Source: Podarcis erhardii (Eukaryota). From it: 64,000 bases of DNA. This document shows, piece after piece, positions 50,861-62,880 of this stretch. The notes below the pieces were generated by a model, which was not told the DNA's origin, did no database searches, and saw only the letters and a list, made by a program, of their open reading frames with translations. Positions within the stretch are counted from its first letter, which is position 1, and every line of letters begins with the position of its first letter. The stretch lies in NCBI GenBank assembly GCA_964252035.1, contig OZ176206.1, one strand, 5' to 3'. A program made the position numbers and the translations under genes.

Positions 50861-51058
50861 GTAAAAAAAGGTAAAGGACCCCTGGATGGTTAAGTCCAGT
50901 CAAGGGCGACTATGGGGTGTGGCGCTCATTTTGCTTTCAGGCCGAGGGGACCCGGCGTTTGTCCACAGACAGCTTTCCAGGTCATGTGGCCAGCATGACT
51001 AAACTGCATCTGGTGCAACAGAATACCATGATGGAAATCACAGCGCATGGAAAACACC
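50861..51058 (-). mobile_element. Sauria SINE (3' half, runs into gap)
   Basis: aaaggtaaaggacccctggatggttaagtccagtc..ggtcatgtggccagcatgactaaa. Confidence 0.88.
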
Positions 51059-51258
51059 NNNNNNNNNNNNNNNNNNNNNNNNNNNNNNNNNNNNNNNNNN
51101 NNNNNNNNNNNNNNNNNNNNNNNNNNNNNNNNNNNNNNNNNNNNNNNNNNNNNNNNNNNNNNNNNNNNNNNNNNNNNNNNNNNNNNNNNNNNNNNNNNNN
51201 NNNNNNNNNNNNNNNNNNNNNNNNNNNNNNNNNNNNNNNNNNNNNNNNNNNNNNNNNN
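51059..51258. other. Assembly gap (200 N)
   Basis: Directly visible. Confidence 0.99.
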
Positions 51259-51473
51259 GTGATAAGTTGTAATTCAGCAGCTTCTCTTTCCAGTCTATTT
51301 CTGAAATTCCTTTGTAGTAAAACAGCTACTTTGAGATCTTGTATAGAATGTCCTGGAGATTGAAATGTTCTCCTACTGGTTTCTCTGTCTTGTGATTCCT
51401 GATGTCCGATTTATGTCCGTTTATTCTTTGGCGTAAGGTCTGGCCTGTTTGTCCAATATAGAGAGCTGAAGGA
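51259..51473 (-). mobile_element. Penelope-like retroelement GIY-YIG endonuclease fragment (pseudogenised)
   Basis: The minus strand reads PSALYIGQTGQTLRQRINGHKSDIRNHKTEKPVGEHFNL, then after a 1-nt deletion GHSIQDLKVAVLLQRNFRNRLEREAAELQLIT: YIG motif, catalytic R, H and E of the Penelope Uri/GIY-YIG domain. Not shown by the ORF track. Confidence 0.9.
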
Positions 51474-51575
51474 CAAGAACTGACTTAGTTGGTCTTTAAG
51501 GTGCTACTGGAAGGAATTTGTTTTGTTTTGACTATGGCAGACCAACACGGCTACCTATCTGTAACTGTACCAGGG
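51474..51575 (+). mobile_element. Probable Penelope terminal segment in opposite orientation
   Basis: ttagttggtctttaaggtgctactggaagg...cagaccaacacggctacc resembles the 3' terminus of reptile Penelope elements (recognition only). Confidence 0.55.
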
Positions 51576-51841
51576 ACAGTCTTTGTTTTATGGGGGATGC
51601 TGGGTGCCAGTTCCAGTGGTTAGAAAGAGCCACAGAAGCCACACCCCTACAAGAAACTCCCAGTTCATGAGGAAACCTCTGACTATAACCCAGAGTGGTT
51701 TAACAAGCAATCCCTTCTTCACAGGGAACTCTGGGAATTGTAGCTCTGGGAGGGGAAATAGGGGGTATCCAACCCCACCTAGTGTGGGCCACAGGTAACC
51801 CATCATTGGTACATCCTCTCCAACATTGCCACCAGCTGATG

Positions 51842-51880
51842 CTCCTCCTCCTCCTCCTCCTCCTCCTCCTCCTCCTCCTC
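51842..51880. repeat. (CTC)13 microsatellite
   Basis: Directly visible. Confidence 0.95.
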
Positions 51881-54670
51881 ATTGCTACCACAGATTTGCT
51901 TGGGAGGCAGGGAGGTAGCAGGCAATGAAATGGAATGTTCCTCCTGCTCACCACCACCATTGTCTGGGTCAAAGCAAGAGGTGGGGGAGAACTAATGAAG
52001 GGGGGAGCAGGTCTAGTGGGAGATCTTGTCAGTGGGCTCCCTGTGGGAGCATGGGTCCTCAGCAGGTACCCAAGCATTCTGACTTTTGACGCTAGCTCTG
52101 GCTTGACTATGTGCTCCCTAGAGATTTTTTGCTGTTTCTTTCTTATGGGGAAAATAGAGGTTCTATTGCTTATTATGCATGTGGAACTGCGTGTATGTGT
52201 AAGGATTTTGGCAATAACATTTGCTGGTTTTATGCTGCCCAGGTGCACTTGCATTTACCAGCATGCCAGAGCATCCCTGCTTTTTAAAAAAAGAAGTATA
52301 GCATTTCATAGCCCATAAGATCTACTCCTCCATTGCTGCAAAATTAATTGTAATTACAAAGACTGATGGGTTTGCTACTTGTTATTCTTACTTTTTGGAA
52401 ATTCTGAAATGAATGTTTTTCCCTCCACTGTAACTGATCATTTTAATTTCCCCAGCTTTGTCTGTAATAAAAATTGACGTTAAAGGATGCCTGAGGCAGT
52501 GTAATGAGAAAATGAAATTAGTTTTTCAGTTGGCTGATCAAAAGCATTTTATGCGTGATAATAAACAGTTTATTTTACTCTTTTTTGCTTATGACATAAT
52601 AAATGACAAAATGTTTTCCTGAAATACATGTTATCCATTTTTTTTTTGGCCAAAGAAATAAAGAAATGATATGCTGCATTTTGGGGGCTCAATATCTTTC
52701 AGTATGAAAAAGAGACCTTTAGGGGGCCAAAAATATTCCTCTGAATGTATCCTGTTGGTGCTTGTTTGCAGTCTCACACTGCCCTCACTTCAATGTAATT
52801 CTACCAAGAAAAATTGTTTCCTTCTCCAGGCTGGTGGCATGATTCCAGCCAATCAGGGACCAGGCAGCCAGCATGATGACATCATTCTATCATGTAGCCA
52901 ATCATTGTTGGTCATTAAGTGCCAACATAGCCATCTCATTGCCCTTATCTTGAATGGTGGATGGACAAAGGAACACTGCTTTCGTTGCCGAGGCAACTGT
53001 GTTGACACATTCTTTCCACACTAACCTGATAATTTCACTGCCCACTTCCACAGCACAGGAAGTCAGAGAGCTCAGCAAGCAGTGAGGCTACATCCTGCTT
53101 TTACCCTCATCTCCCTCCACTAGTCAGAATGAGAAGAATATAAAGATTACTTGTGCACTCAGTGATGACACAACACAGGATTTGTGAAGGCACCTGACTA
53201 CTAGGAACTGCAGTGATACCATGGTTTCATAAATATTTTCAATTACATTCCAATAATAGTCTCATTATAGCAATGTCAATTTATGATACAATTATTAATG
53301 CCAATCATTCAAATACCAAATTATATAATACAATTAAAGTGTGCTAGATTTGATGGCTTTCTGGTTTTCTTTATTTCTGTGTTCCAAAATCTTATTAGTT
53401 TCAATTACATTCCAGTCATAATAATAATCCCTTATACAACAGATGCAATATTAGTAACTTCCAATTGTGTTGACATGTTAAAGGATTTATAAAACTTCAA
53501 GTGAGGGACTCAAACTATATCATTGTTCTTTCCTGTGTGTAGCAATTATTCTGTCTGTGATGTTTCTTCCTGTCCTTGTAAGATGTTATGTCTTTCTTTC
53601 CCCTGATTGTTTCTGTTATACATCATGCCTTGGGTGGAGCTGATATCCCATTGTTGTTCCACATGTTTCTCCATTGCTTCATCCCATGCTTTATGGTTTT
53701 GCACCAAGAACTTTAACAACAGATGCAAAAGTTGCTCTGTCCCAGTAAATAAACTGTTGTCACCATTTTTTCATCTCAGCCTGGGAAGCAGTGCAATCTG
53801 CTGAACTATAGATGACTTAATAAAAACCCTTATCAGTTCCTTGGCATCTCACAGACTCCTTTCATCCTTCCAGCTGAAGATATATGGCCAATTATCCTTC
53901 CAATTAAATTAAATTCCAAGCCCTCTTAGCATTATTCAGTTTACTTTGTAGATAACAAAGGATGGGGAAGAGTCAGCTCTAGGTTTCTATCGTAAACCTT
54001 TCACAAAATAGAGCTTCCCTCCTGTTTCCCCTTTTTTACACATGCACAGTTCCGTTTGATGTTATAATCCATATTTTTTATCCAATTTCTTCCATCCTCA
54101 CTTGTACAAGTATAATTTGAACTAACATTCAGGGGAGGGTTGCCGAATCATAAATGTAGAGAGGAAAACTTTAAATAAACAAACCATAGGCTTCCCTCCC
54201 CCTTCACATTCTTTTGCACCAAATGAAGTCCTATCTCAAATTCAAACCTCAAAGTCCTTGCAGCTGGTTTGTTCTACACACCTGTACTTTAGTCAAATTA
54301 AGCTCTAATTAACTAGATAACCTCTGTTTCTTAATGGTGGTGTAGGAGGGTTTTTGCCAGGTGAAGTGCTTTTGCACTCAGCACCTCCCTGCCTCCCGCA
54401 TTCCATGCCAGAGTGAGATTCAGGTACTGAGACAGATTGTGAGTGAAGCCCATTCCCCCCTGTCCCTGGGGGGAATTTGCAAGAATGATTTGCCCTCTAT
54501 CATCATTGTTTTTTCATCACCTACTCTCTCCCGCTCTCCATTAAGGCAGACCGGAACCAGAAGCAGTGATATCATGGTTTCTTTTTCTGCTCAACCTTTT
54601 GTGTATCTCCTAAAAGGTAGAAAGAAAGGGCGTGATTTTTAAGAGGGCAGAAGTGTTCATAGAGTCATCA

Positions 54671-54705
<35 letters not shown>

Positions 54706-56057
54706 TTATATTTCTGAATCACCTTTCATCTGATAGGATCCCAGAATGGGATAAAAACATAAAAATTAAAACCAAACAGCACAAATAAATGTAAAAACAC
54801 CTTAAAACATAGCAACAATCATAGTACCAATTCAACACTGGACACTGTGATGCACCTAAACTGACATTCTTTCAGCAACTGCTAGTGCATTTTTTAGCTT
54901 GTGTCTAAAGGTAATCAGTAATAACCTAATCTTTACCCCATTGGTGTCCACAGTGCTGCGATACCAGGGAATGCAAAAACGGTTGTCTCTATCCCATTTG
55001 CAAGTGTTTTGCTTCTATGGAACTGTACTTTTCAAATATTGTAAGTTACTCTGAGTAGCATTTTTCACTACAATGGCGGAATATAAATATAAATGCTCTT
55101 ATCAGTCAGTCAGTCAGACAAAGACAGGATTGCATCCTGGCCTTCCTGCCTTAGTTAGGTTTCATAATATATTTTGCATCCAGCTTCAATATTTTATTTT
55201 TCTCAGTGAAAAAGTACATCAGGTAGGATTGTATAGAAGGTGGGTTTGGGATAATTGTCTGCATCAGTGGAACTATGATCCCTGCACTGGAAACCAAATC
55301 TGCTAAGTTACTGAGGCCTCTTTACTATGAATCATTAGCCAATGCAGTGAATAAGGCCGGTTATATAATCCATCTCTTTCAATTTACTTCATTAAACAAT
55401 AGACTAATTAGATCCCATCATTCTAAAAATACTTCCCAAGAGTGTCTAATTCTGCATGTAATGAACTCTGTCTCTCTAATGTCTTGTAGCTTCTTAAACT
55501 ACATCATTACTTGAACTGTACTCAGCCTTAAAAGAAGCATTGTGTTGGCATTGCTGCTGCTTTGCCATTGATACCAAACTATCTTAGGTGGCATTCAGAC
55601 ATGGGGATTATTGTGTCAATTTTCCTGCTTACAATGTTAGTGCTTCTGTCCTGGTTTCTAACATTCCTTTTACATTGCATTACCTGTAGCAGTATGGAAC
55701 TTTGGCTGTTTGATCAATGTACTGCCATGTTGGGCTAAATTTAATTCAACCCAGTGGGCAAGGTGTGACACAACAATGGATTCCATTGGACACTCCACTC
55801 CCCTTTATTCAAATGTGCACCTGTCCCCCTCATAATTTACCCGCGAAAATGGTGGAAAAGAACTGCATGCCAGGATACCACCCCAAATTTCATCCATGTA
55901 AACTGTGAGAAAATTATAATGCAAAACTCCAGTGATTTTCCACTTTAACAGGTGTGCAAAAGAATTATTTCTGGAAGCAATAACATGGAAATGAGCACTA
56001 AACTTCTACTAGAATCTGCAAGATTTCTAAGTGTGGCTTGTGAAGGATGCTGATGCT

Positions 56058-56102
<45 letters not shown>

Positions 56103-56200
56103 TTTATTATTTATATGCCACCCATCTGACTGGGTTGCCCCAGTCCCTCTGGGCGGCTCCCAACAAAATATTAAAAACACACTAAAACATCAACCATTAA
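56058..56200 (-). mobile_element. L2 3' tail with (AAC)13 microsatellite
   Basis: Reverse of gggagccgcccagag..ggggcaacccagtcagatggg..; same tail type as 16160-16240, 45780-45840 and 62900-62970. Confidence 0.75.
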
Positions 56201-56544
56201 AACACAAAACATTGGAATCAACAGGTAGAAAATGAACGCAGCCTTACACACATGTGCTATGGATGGGAGCTCTTGGCATTCTATGATTCCATGGTTCAGC
56301 AGAGCTCCATATACAATTTAATATGGATATGGTGCTCCTAGACTTCCCTATGCACTAGAAAGCTGACATCCCCCTGGGAGCTAATCCAGATTGCCCCTCA
56401 ACCTCATCAAGCCTGTATGATGTCAGAGCCTTCCTTGTTCAGACATGGTCTCCAGTTCCTGGATATAATGGCTCCATTGGGCACCAGGAAGCTGTAATTC
56501 AACCTGGAAGTAATATGGCATTGAATAGCAGTAGTAGCAGCAAC

Positions 56545-56830
56545 AACATAAGAAGAGCCTGCTGGATCAGGGCTGTGACGCATCTAGTCCAGCATCCTGT
56601 TCACACAGCCGCTAACCAGATGCCTACAGGAAGTCCACAAGCAGGACCTGAGCATAAGAGACCTCTCCCCTCCCGTGGTTTCCAGCAATTGATATCCAGA
56701 AGCATTACTGCCTCTGACCATGGAGGAAGAATATATTCACTAGGGATAGTACATAGACTTATAGAATTGTAGAGTTGGAAGGGACCCCAAGGGTCATCTA
56801 GTCCAACTCCCTGTAATACAGGAATCTCAA
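56545..56830 (-). mobile_element. Two adjacent CR1 3' ends (reverse)
   Basis: cataagaagagcctgctggatcagg..ctagtccagcatcctgttc.., then atagaattgtagagttggaagggaccccaagggtcatctagtccaac. Confidence 0.8.
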
Positions 56831-58612
56831 CTAGATGATACATGACAAGTTGCCACCCAGCCTCTGAAGGAGGCCAATGAAGGAGAGTGAGCACTCATGT
56901 AGTAGTAGTAGTAGTAGTAGTAATAAAAAAAAATTCAAAAAATTCATTGCTATACTCCCCAGTCTTTTCAAGGCACTTCTGTTCCTTTTCTTTTCTGCCT
57001 TTGTTTCTTTGACTCTCATTTTCCTTCCTTATATGTACAAATTAATTTGACTAGCTTCATATCCTCACTAACTGCCAGCTAACTTTAGGGCTTAATGGTC
57101 ATTCAAACCATGTAAATCAGTCTTTGTGTCAAATCCGTGCAGGAGGGTGGGGGTCAAAGGTCCTTGTGAGAACATGACCTCTGCCCTGTGGGAAAGATAA
57201 AACGATTTAAAGCTACCAAATGAAACAAATACTAAAAGTCAGGGCGGGTGTTTAAATGGAATTATGAAATGACAAGAAATTGCAACTTTTTGAATAAATA
57301 CCGACTTACCATTGGTCAGGATGTAAGGGCGGAAAGCTGGCAACTGGGGGTGGGCATAATTGGTTTACCTGTAAGAAAGCTTAGATTTCTTAGATTGCAC
57401 ATTAAAGACAGAATTATTTTAAATTTAGAGCTTAGGAGCTTTAAAAAAAATATCCAAGAAATTTAACTCATGCTGTTTAATTTGAGTTGGCAGAGCAAGA
57501 GTTGTTAATATTTGTCTTTCTTAACTTAGTGACTAAAATCATTAATTTTTCAATCATCTGACTATTAAATATGCAAGATATAAACCACAGTCAATTAAAT
57601 GATAGCTAAGGTACTGTAGCTGACTTGATTAACTTGGTTTGTTATGAAGATTATATACACAATGCCCAAAGAATATGGTTTGGTGCGTGCTTTGAGAAAG
57701 TTAAGCAGGATTTCCCCCACCTGAATACTTTTAAGACTCGTCTCTCTCCCCACACCCCAGTCCTAAATGCCTTCCTCTGTTAGAAATCAGCTCTAACATC
57801 TGCCAACTGGGCATATCGTCTAACAAGAGAGGCACTGTAAAATAGGCCCTAACCCACATCTGCAATGACAAATGTTACCATTATTCTGATTTAGGGTTTT
57901 TATTTAATTTTAAAAAATGTCTTATAGATATTTTCCAGTTTAAGGAATTTCTTTAATGGAAGCTGGTTCCAATGTTATCTTTTTGGGCCCAGAAATGGAA
58001 GATGCTACAGCACTTTAATCTCTTAGTGTAGTACAAGGGATGCTGACTAGAAGGAACGTTCCTAAATTTTAGATATTGTAGATTTGTCCTGGTCTGGTGC
58101 ATGTAATGTCTTTCGTTTCGTAGCTGTGTGATTTGTGCTCATACTGTATTGTGATGGCCATTGGCTATAAACAATAACATTTACTGGTCTCATTCACTGG
58201 TACAATATTATGTGGACTCTGGCTATTGCAGAGAAAATAACTCACGACTTACGTGTTTCTAAGGGTCAAGAAGACCCAGAATATTTCTCCACTATTTGGT
58301 GAGATGTCATTTCTTTTGAGTCAAAATTCAGATGTAGAAAACACTCTTCACTCCAGGCACATCACCCATAATGTCAATACAGTTTCACCCAATTTTTACA
58401 AATAAATATAAAACCTATGACTTAGAAGGGTGGAAAGAAAAACAATTATACTACCTGAAAGATTTTTTTTTACAAAAATGGAAGGCTGTTTACCATTAAT
58501 AAGATACAAACCCAGTTCGGAAATCCTCAAATCCTGTGACTATTAGGACATCAACTAAGGTCATTTCTAACAAATTCTGAGATTAAAACTGAAGACAATT
58601 AACGTCATACAA

Positions 58613-58646
<34 letters not shown>

Positions 58647-58937
58647 GAAGAAAAAGTAGCATTAAAAGGATTAATATCATCCATGTCCTAGAAATGACTC
58701 CCCCCCCCTTTTCTTGTGTTTTAGTGCATCCTCAAGTACATCACACATGATGTTTGTTTGTTTGTTTGTTTCCTCTCTGTCAGACTTTCCAGCACAGACA
58801 ATGTAAAACTCCATTAAGTTGGCACTGGCTTTGATAGCTTTCCTCGTGTAGGTTTCAAAACATTTTATGGTTAAACTTAAAAGGCTTGGAAGGGAGCCAT
58901 TTTGGCAAATTTCTGCTACAAGCTGTTACCTTCTCCT

Positions 58938-59505
58938 TGTGATGGCCTGGGATTCAGACTCGGAGGCTGAACCTGAGGAATCCCAACCTGCACAGGAGTC
59001 CCCGCCTCCAGAACCAGCTGAGTTGGGGCTGGGGCTTGAGCCTGAAGGGTCCTCACCTGTGTTGGATCCTCAAGTGCAGGCACTAGCTGAGTCTGCTCTG
59101 GCTCCTGAAGTGATGGAGGACCCATTGCCTGCAGGTGCTCCACTCTCAGCCCCATCAGGGGAAGCTGAGGTTGCCTCTGGGTCCAGTAACCCTCCAGCCT
59201 CTAAGTTCCCGCAGGAGGAGTGCTTGCCTCCAGGCCAGGAGAGGCGAGTCACCTGTGAACCGGGGCCTCCCTATGCCTTGGGGCAGATAAAAGTCAGCCA
59301 GCCCCAGTCCCAGGTTGTGGGAGCAACATTGTTGGTAGCCTGTTCCTGCCTGCACCCTGTCCTGCTCTTCTGTCAGAGTTCCTGACCTCACCCAACTCCC
59401 TGCATTGGGCCCAGCTTCAGCTTTGACAGACAGCCTCCATACCGCACCCTTGACCTCGGACTGGACTCAGACCTCGCTGCACGGTTAACCCTTGGGACCA
59501 GCACA
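58938..59505 (+). mobile_element. Solo LTR (568 bp)
   Basis: Starts TGT, ends ACA; perfect 5-bp TSD CTCCT (58933-58937 and 59506-59510); TATA-like GATAAAA at 59286-59292; GC-rich against AT-rich flanks. Strand inferred from the TATA-like motif. Confidence 0.85.
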
Positions 59506-60408
59506 CTCCTGTTACTTTTTTCAGGTGCAGTCGAACTAATGCACATGTTTTCCCACCTTACACTGTTCTTGTAGTGTTCATTTTATCATCAGTGGCAACA
59601 GTTTTGGGAGACAATCTTTTGAGGTTAGTTGTAGTTACTGTGGCTACTGCTAATACTACTAAGAAAGCACAATGACTTCCAGGTGGGAATAAATGGAGGC
59701 AGTGATTTTAGTTCCCATGTGGAGTCATTGCAATCCAGTGCTGTTTCCATTCCACTGCGGTTTGATTTCCATCAAATTCTACATTATTCATCTCACTGTC
59801 CTCTGTTTAACAGAACTTACGCAACTGACAGAAGGATTTACCCAACTTAAATTCATTTTAATCAAAACAAAGTAAAAATATGAGGCATTAACTACATATC
59901 GGTTGTGGACTTTTTTAAAATAAAAAGAACAACAACGTGAATGAATACCCATTATATTTGCTTGCATTTGTTCTGTTCTTGCTCACAGATGAAAATGTGA
60001 TCTGCAGCAATTTCTGCTTCCTTTCCTGTTTTTGTCAGAATTCATTGGCATCTCTCCTTTAAGGACTGCACTTACTACTTACTCTTTACTGCAGGCCATT
60101 GATTTCAGGGCTGCAGTCGGCACGCCATATTGTTCCTCACCACTTTGCATAAGGAAATCAAGTTGGCATGCCTGGTTCTCTTCCTCCCCATTTTATCCTC
60201 ATCACAACACAGTGAGGCAGGCTAGGATGAGAGGAAGTGACTGGCTCAGGTCTCCCATGTTTTGGTCTGGCACTCTAACCCCTGCCCCACACTGACTCTC
60301 TCTGCAGTAGATGCAGTCAGGCGCACAGCTCGAAAAACAGTCCGTTACTGCCCTGTTCTTCAGATGCAGGGGGAACCTGAAGACCACAATTAGGCCTGCT
60401 TGCATTTG

Positions 60409-60960
60409 TGTGTCAAGACCCTAAGACCAACCAATTCCCTTGGGAGTGAATAACCAGACAAGACAACAGCATATTGGTTCATGGGTTCAAAAAAGGCCAC
60501 AATTTTATTGGTTACCAATGTGAAGGTTTGACATAGGGACTGGGTGAAGCCTGCACTATTCCACTCCAGCCCGTCTTCTGGAAGTGTCTCTAAGGGCAAA
60601 CCACATCCCTGTTGGAGGAGTGGTATGGCTCTAGCCCCCATCTGGGTGTCTGACAGAAGCCACTCCTCCCAGATCCTTTTAACAGGATAACCTTTACCAA
60701 GGAGAGGCAGATAGAGGCTACAACCACCCCTCCGGCCAAGACCTAGGCTTATTCAATGCTTAACTACTTTAGAGGGTTGTGACGATTGAGTATGACGATA
60801 ATTAGGTGAAAACCAGATGGCCGCTGACAATTTGCCAAGTGGGGAAATTCCTGCCCAGCCCCGAATATGGCGGCTGACGTGGTCCATAGCAAGGTCATAG
60901 CATAAAGAGAAATCATAATTAAGGGAGGGTAGGATATCTGGCAAAAAGGCAGAGAGAAGT
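60409..60960 (-). mobile_element. Probable LTR-like element, boundaries uncertain
   Basis: Starts TGTGTCA, CpG-retaining, with a reverse-strand AATAAA (ttttattgg at ~60504); ATTTG flanks 60409-60829 but similar-looking sequence continues beyond. Confidence 0.35.
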
Positions 60961-60964
60961 GGAG

Positions 60965-61240
60965 TGTAAGAAGAGCCTCCTGGATCAGGCCAATGGCCCA
61001 TCCAGCCCAGCATCCTGTTCTCACAGTGGCTGATCAAATACCTGTTGGAAACCTACAAGCAGGATTCGAGCACAAGAGCTCTCTCTCCTTCTGTGCTTTC
61101 CAGGAAATGGTATTCAGAAGCATTTGGAAACATTGGAGGCAGAGCAGAGCCATCCTAGCTAATAGCCATTGATAGCCTTGTCTTCCATTTGTTTCATCCT
61201 CTTTTAAAGCCATCTAGGTTTGGTGGCCATCATTGCCTCC
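60965..61240 (-). mobile_element. CR1 3' end (reverse)
   Basis: aagagcctcctggatcaggccaatggccc..gatagccttgtcttccat..cctcttttaaagccatctagg..gagttccatagtttaactatgcactgcatg. Confidence 0.85.
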
Positions 61241-61242
61241 TG

Positions 61243-61528
61243 TGGGAGTGAGTTCCATAGTTTAACTATGCACTGCATGGAGGAGAAGAAGAAGAATTTG
61301 GATTTGATATCCCGCTTTATCACTACCCTAAGGAGTCTCAAAGCGGCTAACATTCTCCTTTCCCTTCCTCCCCCACAACAAACACTCTGTGAGGTGAGTG
61401 GGGCTGAGAGACTTCAAAGAAGTGTGACTAGCCCAGGGTCACCCAGCAGCTGCATGTGGAGGAGCGGAGACGCGAACCCGGTTCCCCAGATTACGAGACT
61501 ACTGCTCTTAACCACTACACCACACTGG
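61243..61528 (-). mobile_element. Young full-length tRNA-derived CORE/MIR-like SINE
   Basis: The minus strand begins ccagtgtggtgtagtggttaagagc (A box)..gggttcgcgtctcc (B box), retains CpG and ends in a (TTC)n tail; it sits against/within the CR1 remnant. Confidence 0.85.
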
Positions 61529-62712
61529 AGAAAGACTCTCTTCCTTATGTTTTACAAATCTCAGTCTTGTGCCCCTTTGTCCCCGGTCATGTGTGAGCAA
61601 TGATTAAAACAAAAAACTTCATAACCGCGTGAGCATCTAGATGCAGGTTTGCCCAGCCCTCCTCCAAAACACCCCACTGCCATGCCCCTAGCCTCTCCAG
61701 GATGAACACAACACATATTTCAATATGAAGCATAACAAATTAAGCATAGTTAATTAAAATGCCCAGGCATAAAAAATAACCTAAGGTTACTTAAACATTG
61801 TTTCAGTCTCAAGTAATATATACACCCAGGTAATGCTTATAATTAAAGCTATAATTTATCTTCAGATGGAAGCTGCTTTAATAGTAGCAGTAATATAATG
61901 CCACATCCAGAAATGCAATAATAGATTTGTTTAGCAGTGGCATTATAAACAAATGCCGCACTCTATTTGTTCTAAGTTATGATACAGATTCTTTACTCAT
62001 ACATCTGACGGCCTTTAAACCATTTCAAATGAACTACATTAATGTAATCTGATGCTGATGCTGCACATAACATTTCAGTTTGAATTATCCCGAATCCATG
62101 ATCCATTTTATTATTCACAAAGCACTTCACACACATTTATGATAATGGCAAACTTCGCCGTGTTGTTTAAATCCCATTTCAGCTGGGATCTTTTTTTTCT
62201 CTTTTTTTAGTATTATTATTATTTTACCTTTTTATATAAAAAATACATTTCTGGTAGTAAAATACAAATAAAGAATAGTCAGTGCTCAGTAAGCCCTTTA
62301 ACAAAGCAAACAATTCAGGCTTTTTTATGACATTAGCAAATAACAGAGAAGATTTGACATTTACAGTTGATGAAATTTTATGTTATAACAGAGATGAATG
62401 AAACAGAATGAAAATCACACATGATAAAACCTGACTGTGAAATTCAGAAGGCTCTGAAGTCTGATCTTTAGTTCTGGAGATTTATGATATTTTACTACTG
62501 CCTTTGTTTTTGGGAGTGGGAGGGGAGGGGGTCTTTCATTAAGGAAGCCCTGCAAATATTTCCAGAGGGCTGAAATGAATGTAAGTTCTACTCAGAGTAG
62601 ACCCACTAAGATTAAAGGACCCAACTTGTTGTTACCGTTGATTACCCTAAGATCCCAGGGCAGGTTACAATTGAAAACCCAATATTATAAATACTTTAAA
62701 AGCCAACTTACA

Positions 62713-62880
62713 GACCTTCCAAGTGTCCCTATTTTCCAGGGATGTCCCTGATTTAGAGAAGACATCCTGGATTGTCCCGCTTTTCCTTAGGACATCCCTA
62801 TTTTCATTGGAGAAATGTTGGAGTATATGGGGTTATCCAATCACCAAGTTGTCTGTAGGCAATCCTGTATAGGGAAGTTT
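62713..62880 (+). mobile_element. hAT-like interspersed repeat (see 45842-46030)
   Basis: Repeated gtccctatttt units; a further fragment at 62990-63030 lies after an intervening L2 tail. Confidence 0.7.

Noticed and set aside
50917-51363. ORFs spanning the 200-N gap
   Set aside because: Gap artefacts; the flanks are a Sauria SINE and a Penelope fragment.
51700-52318. 184-aa and 127-aa ORFs with a poly-Arg run
   Set aside because: The run derives from the (CTC)13 microsatellite; no splice or domain support.
60805-60830. CTCF-like aaccagatggccgctg
   Set aside because: Several core positions mismatch the CCASYAGRKGGCRS consensus, and it lies inside a probable repeat.
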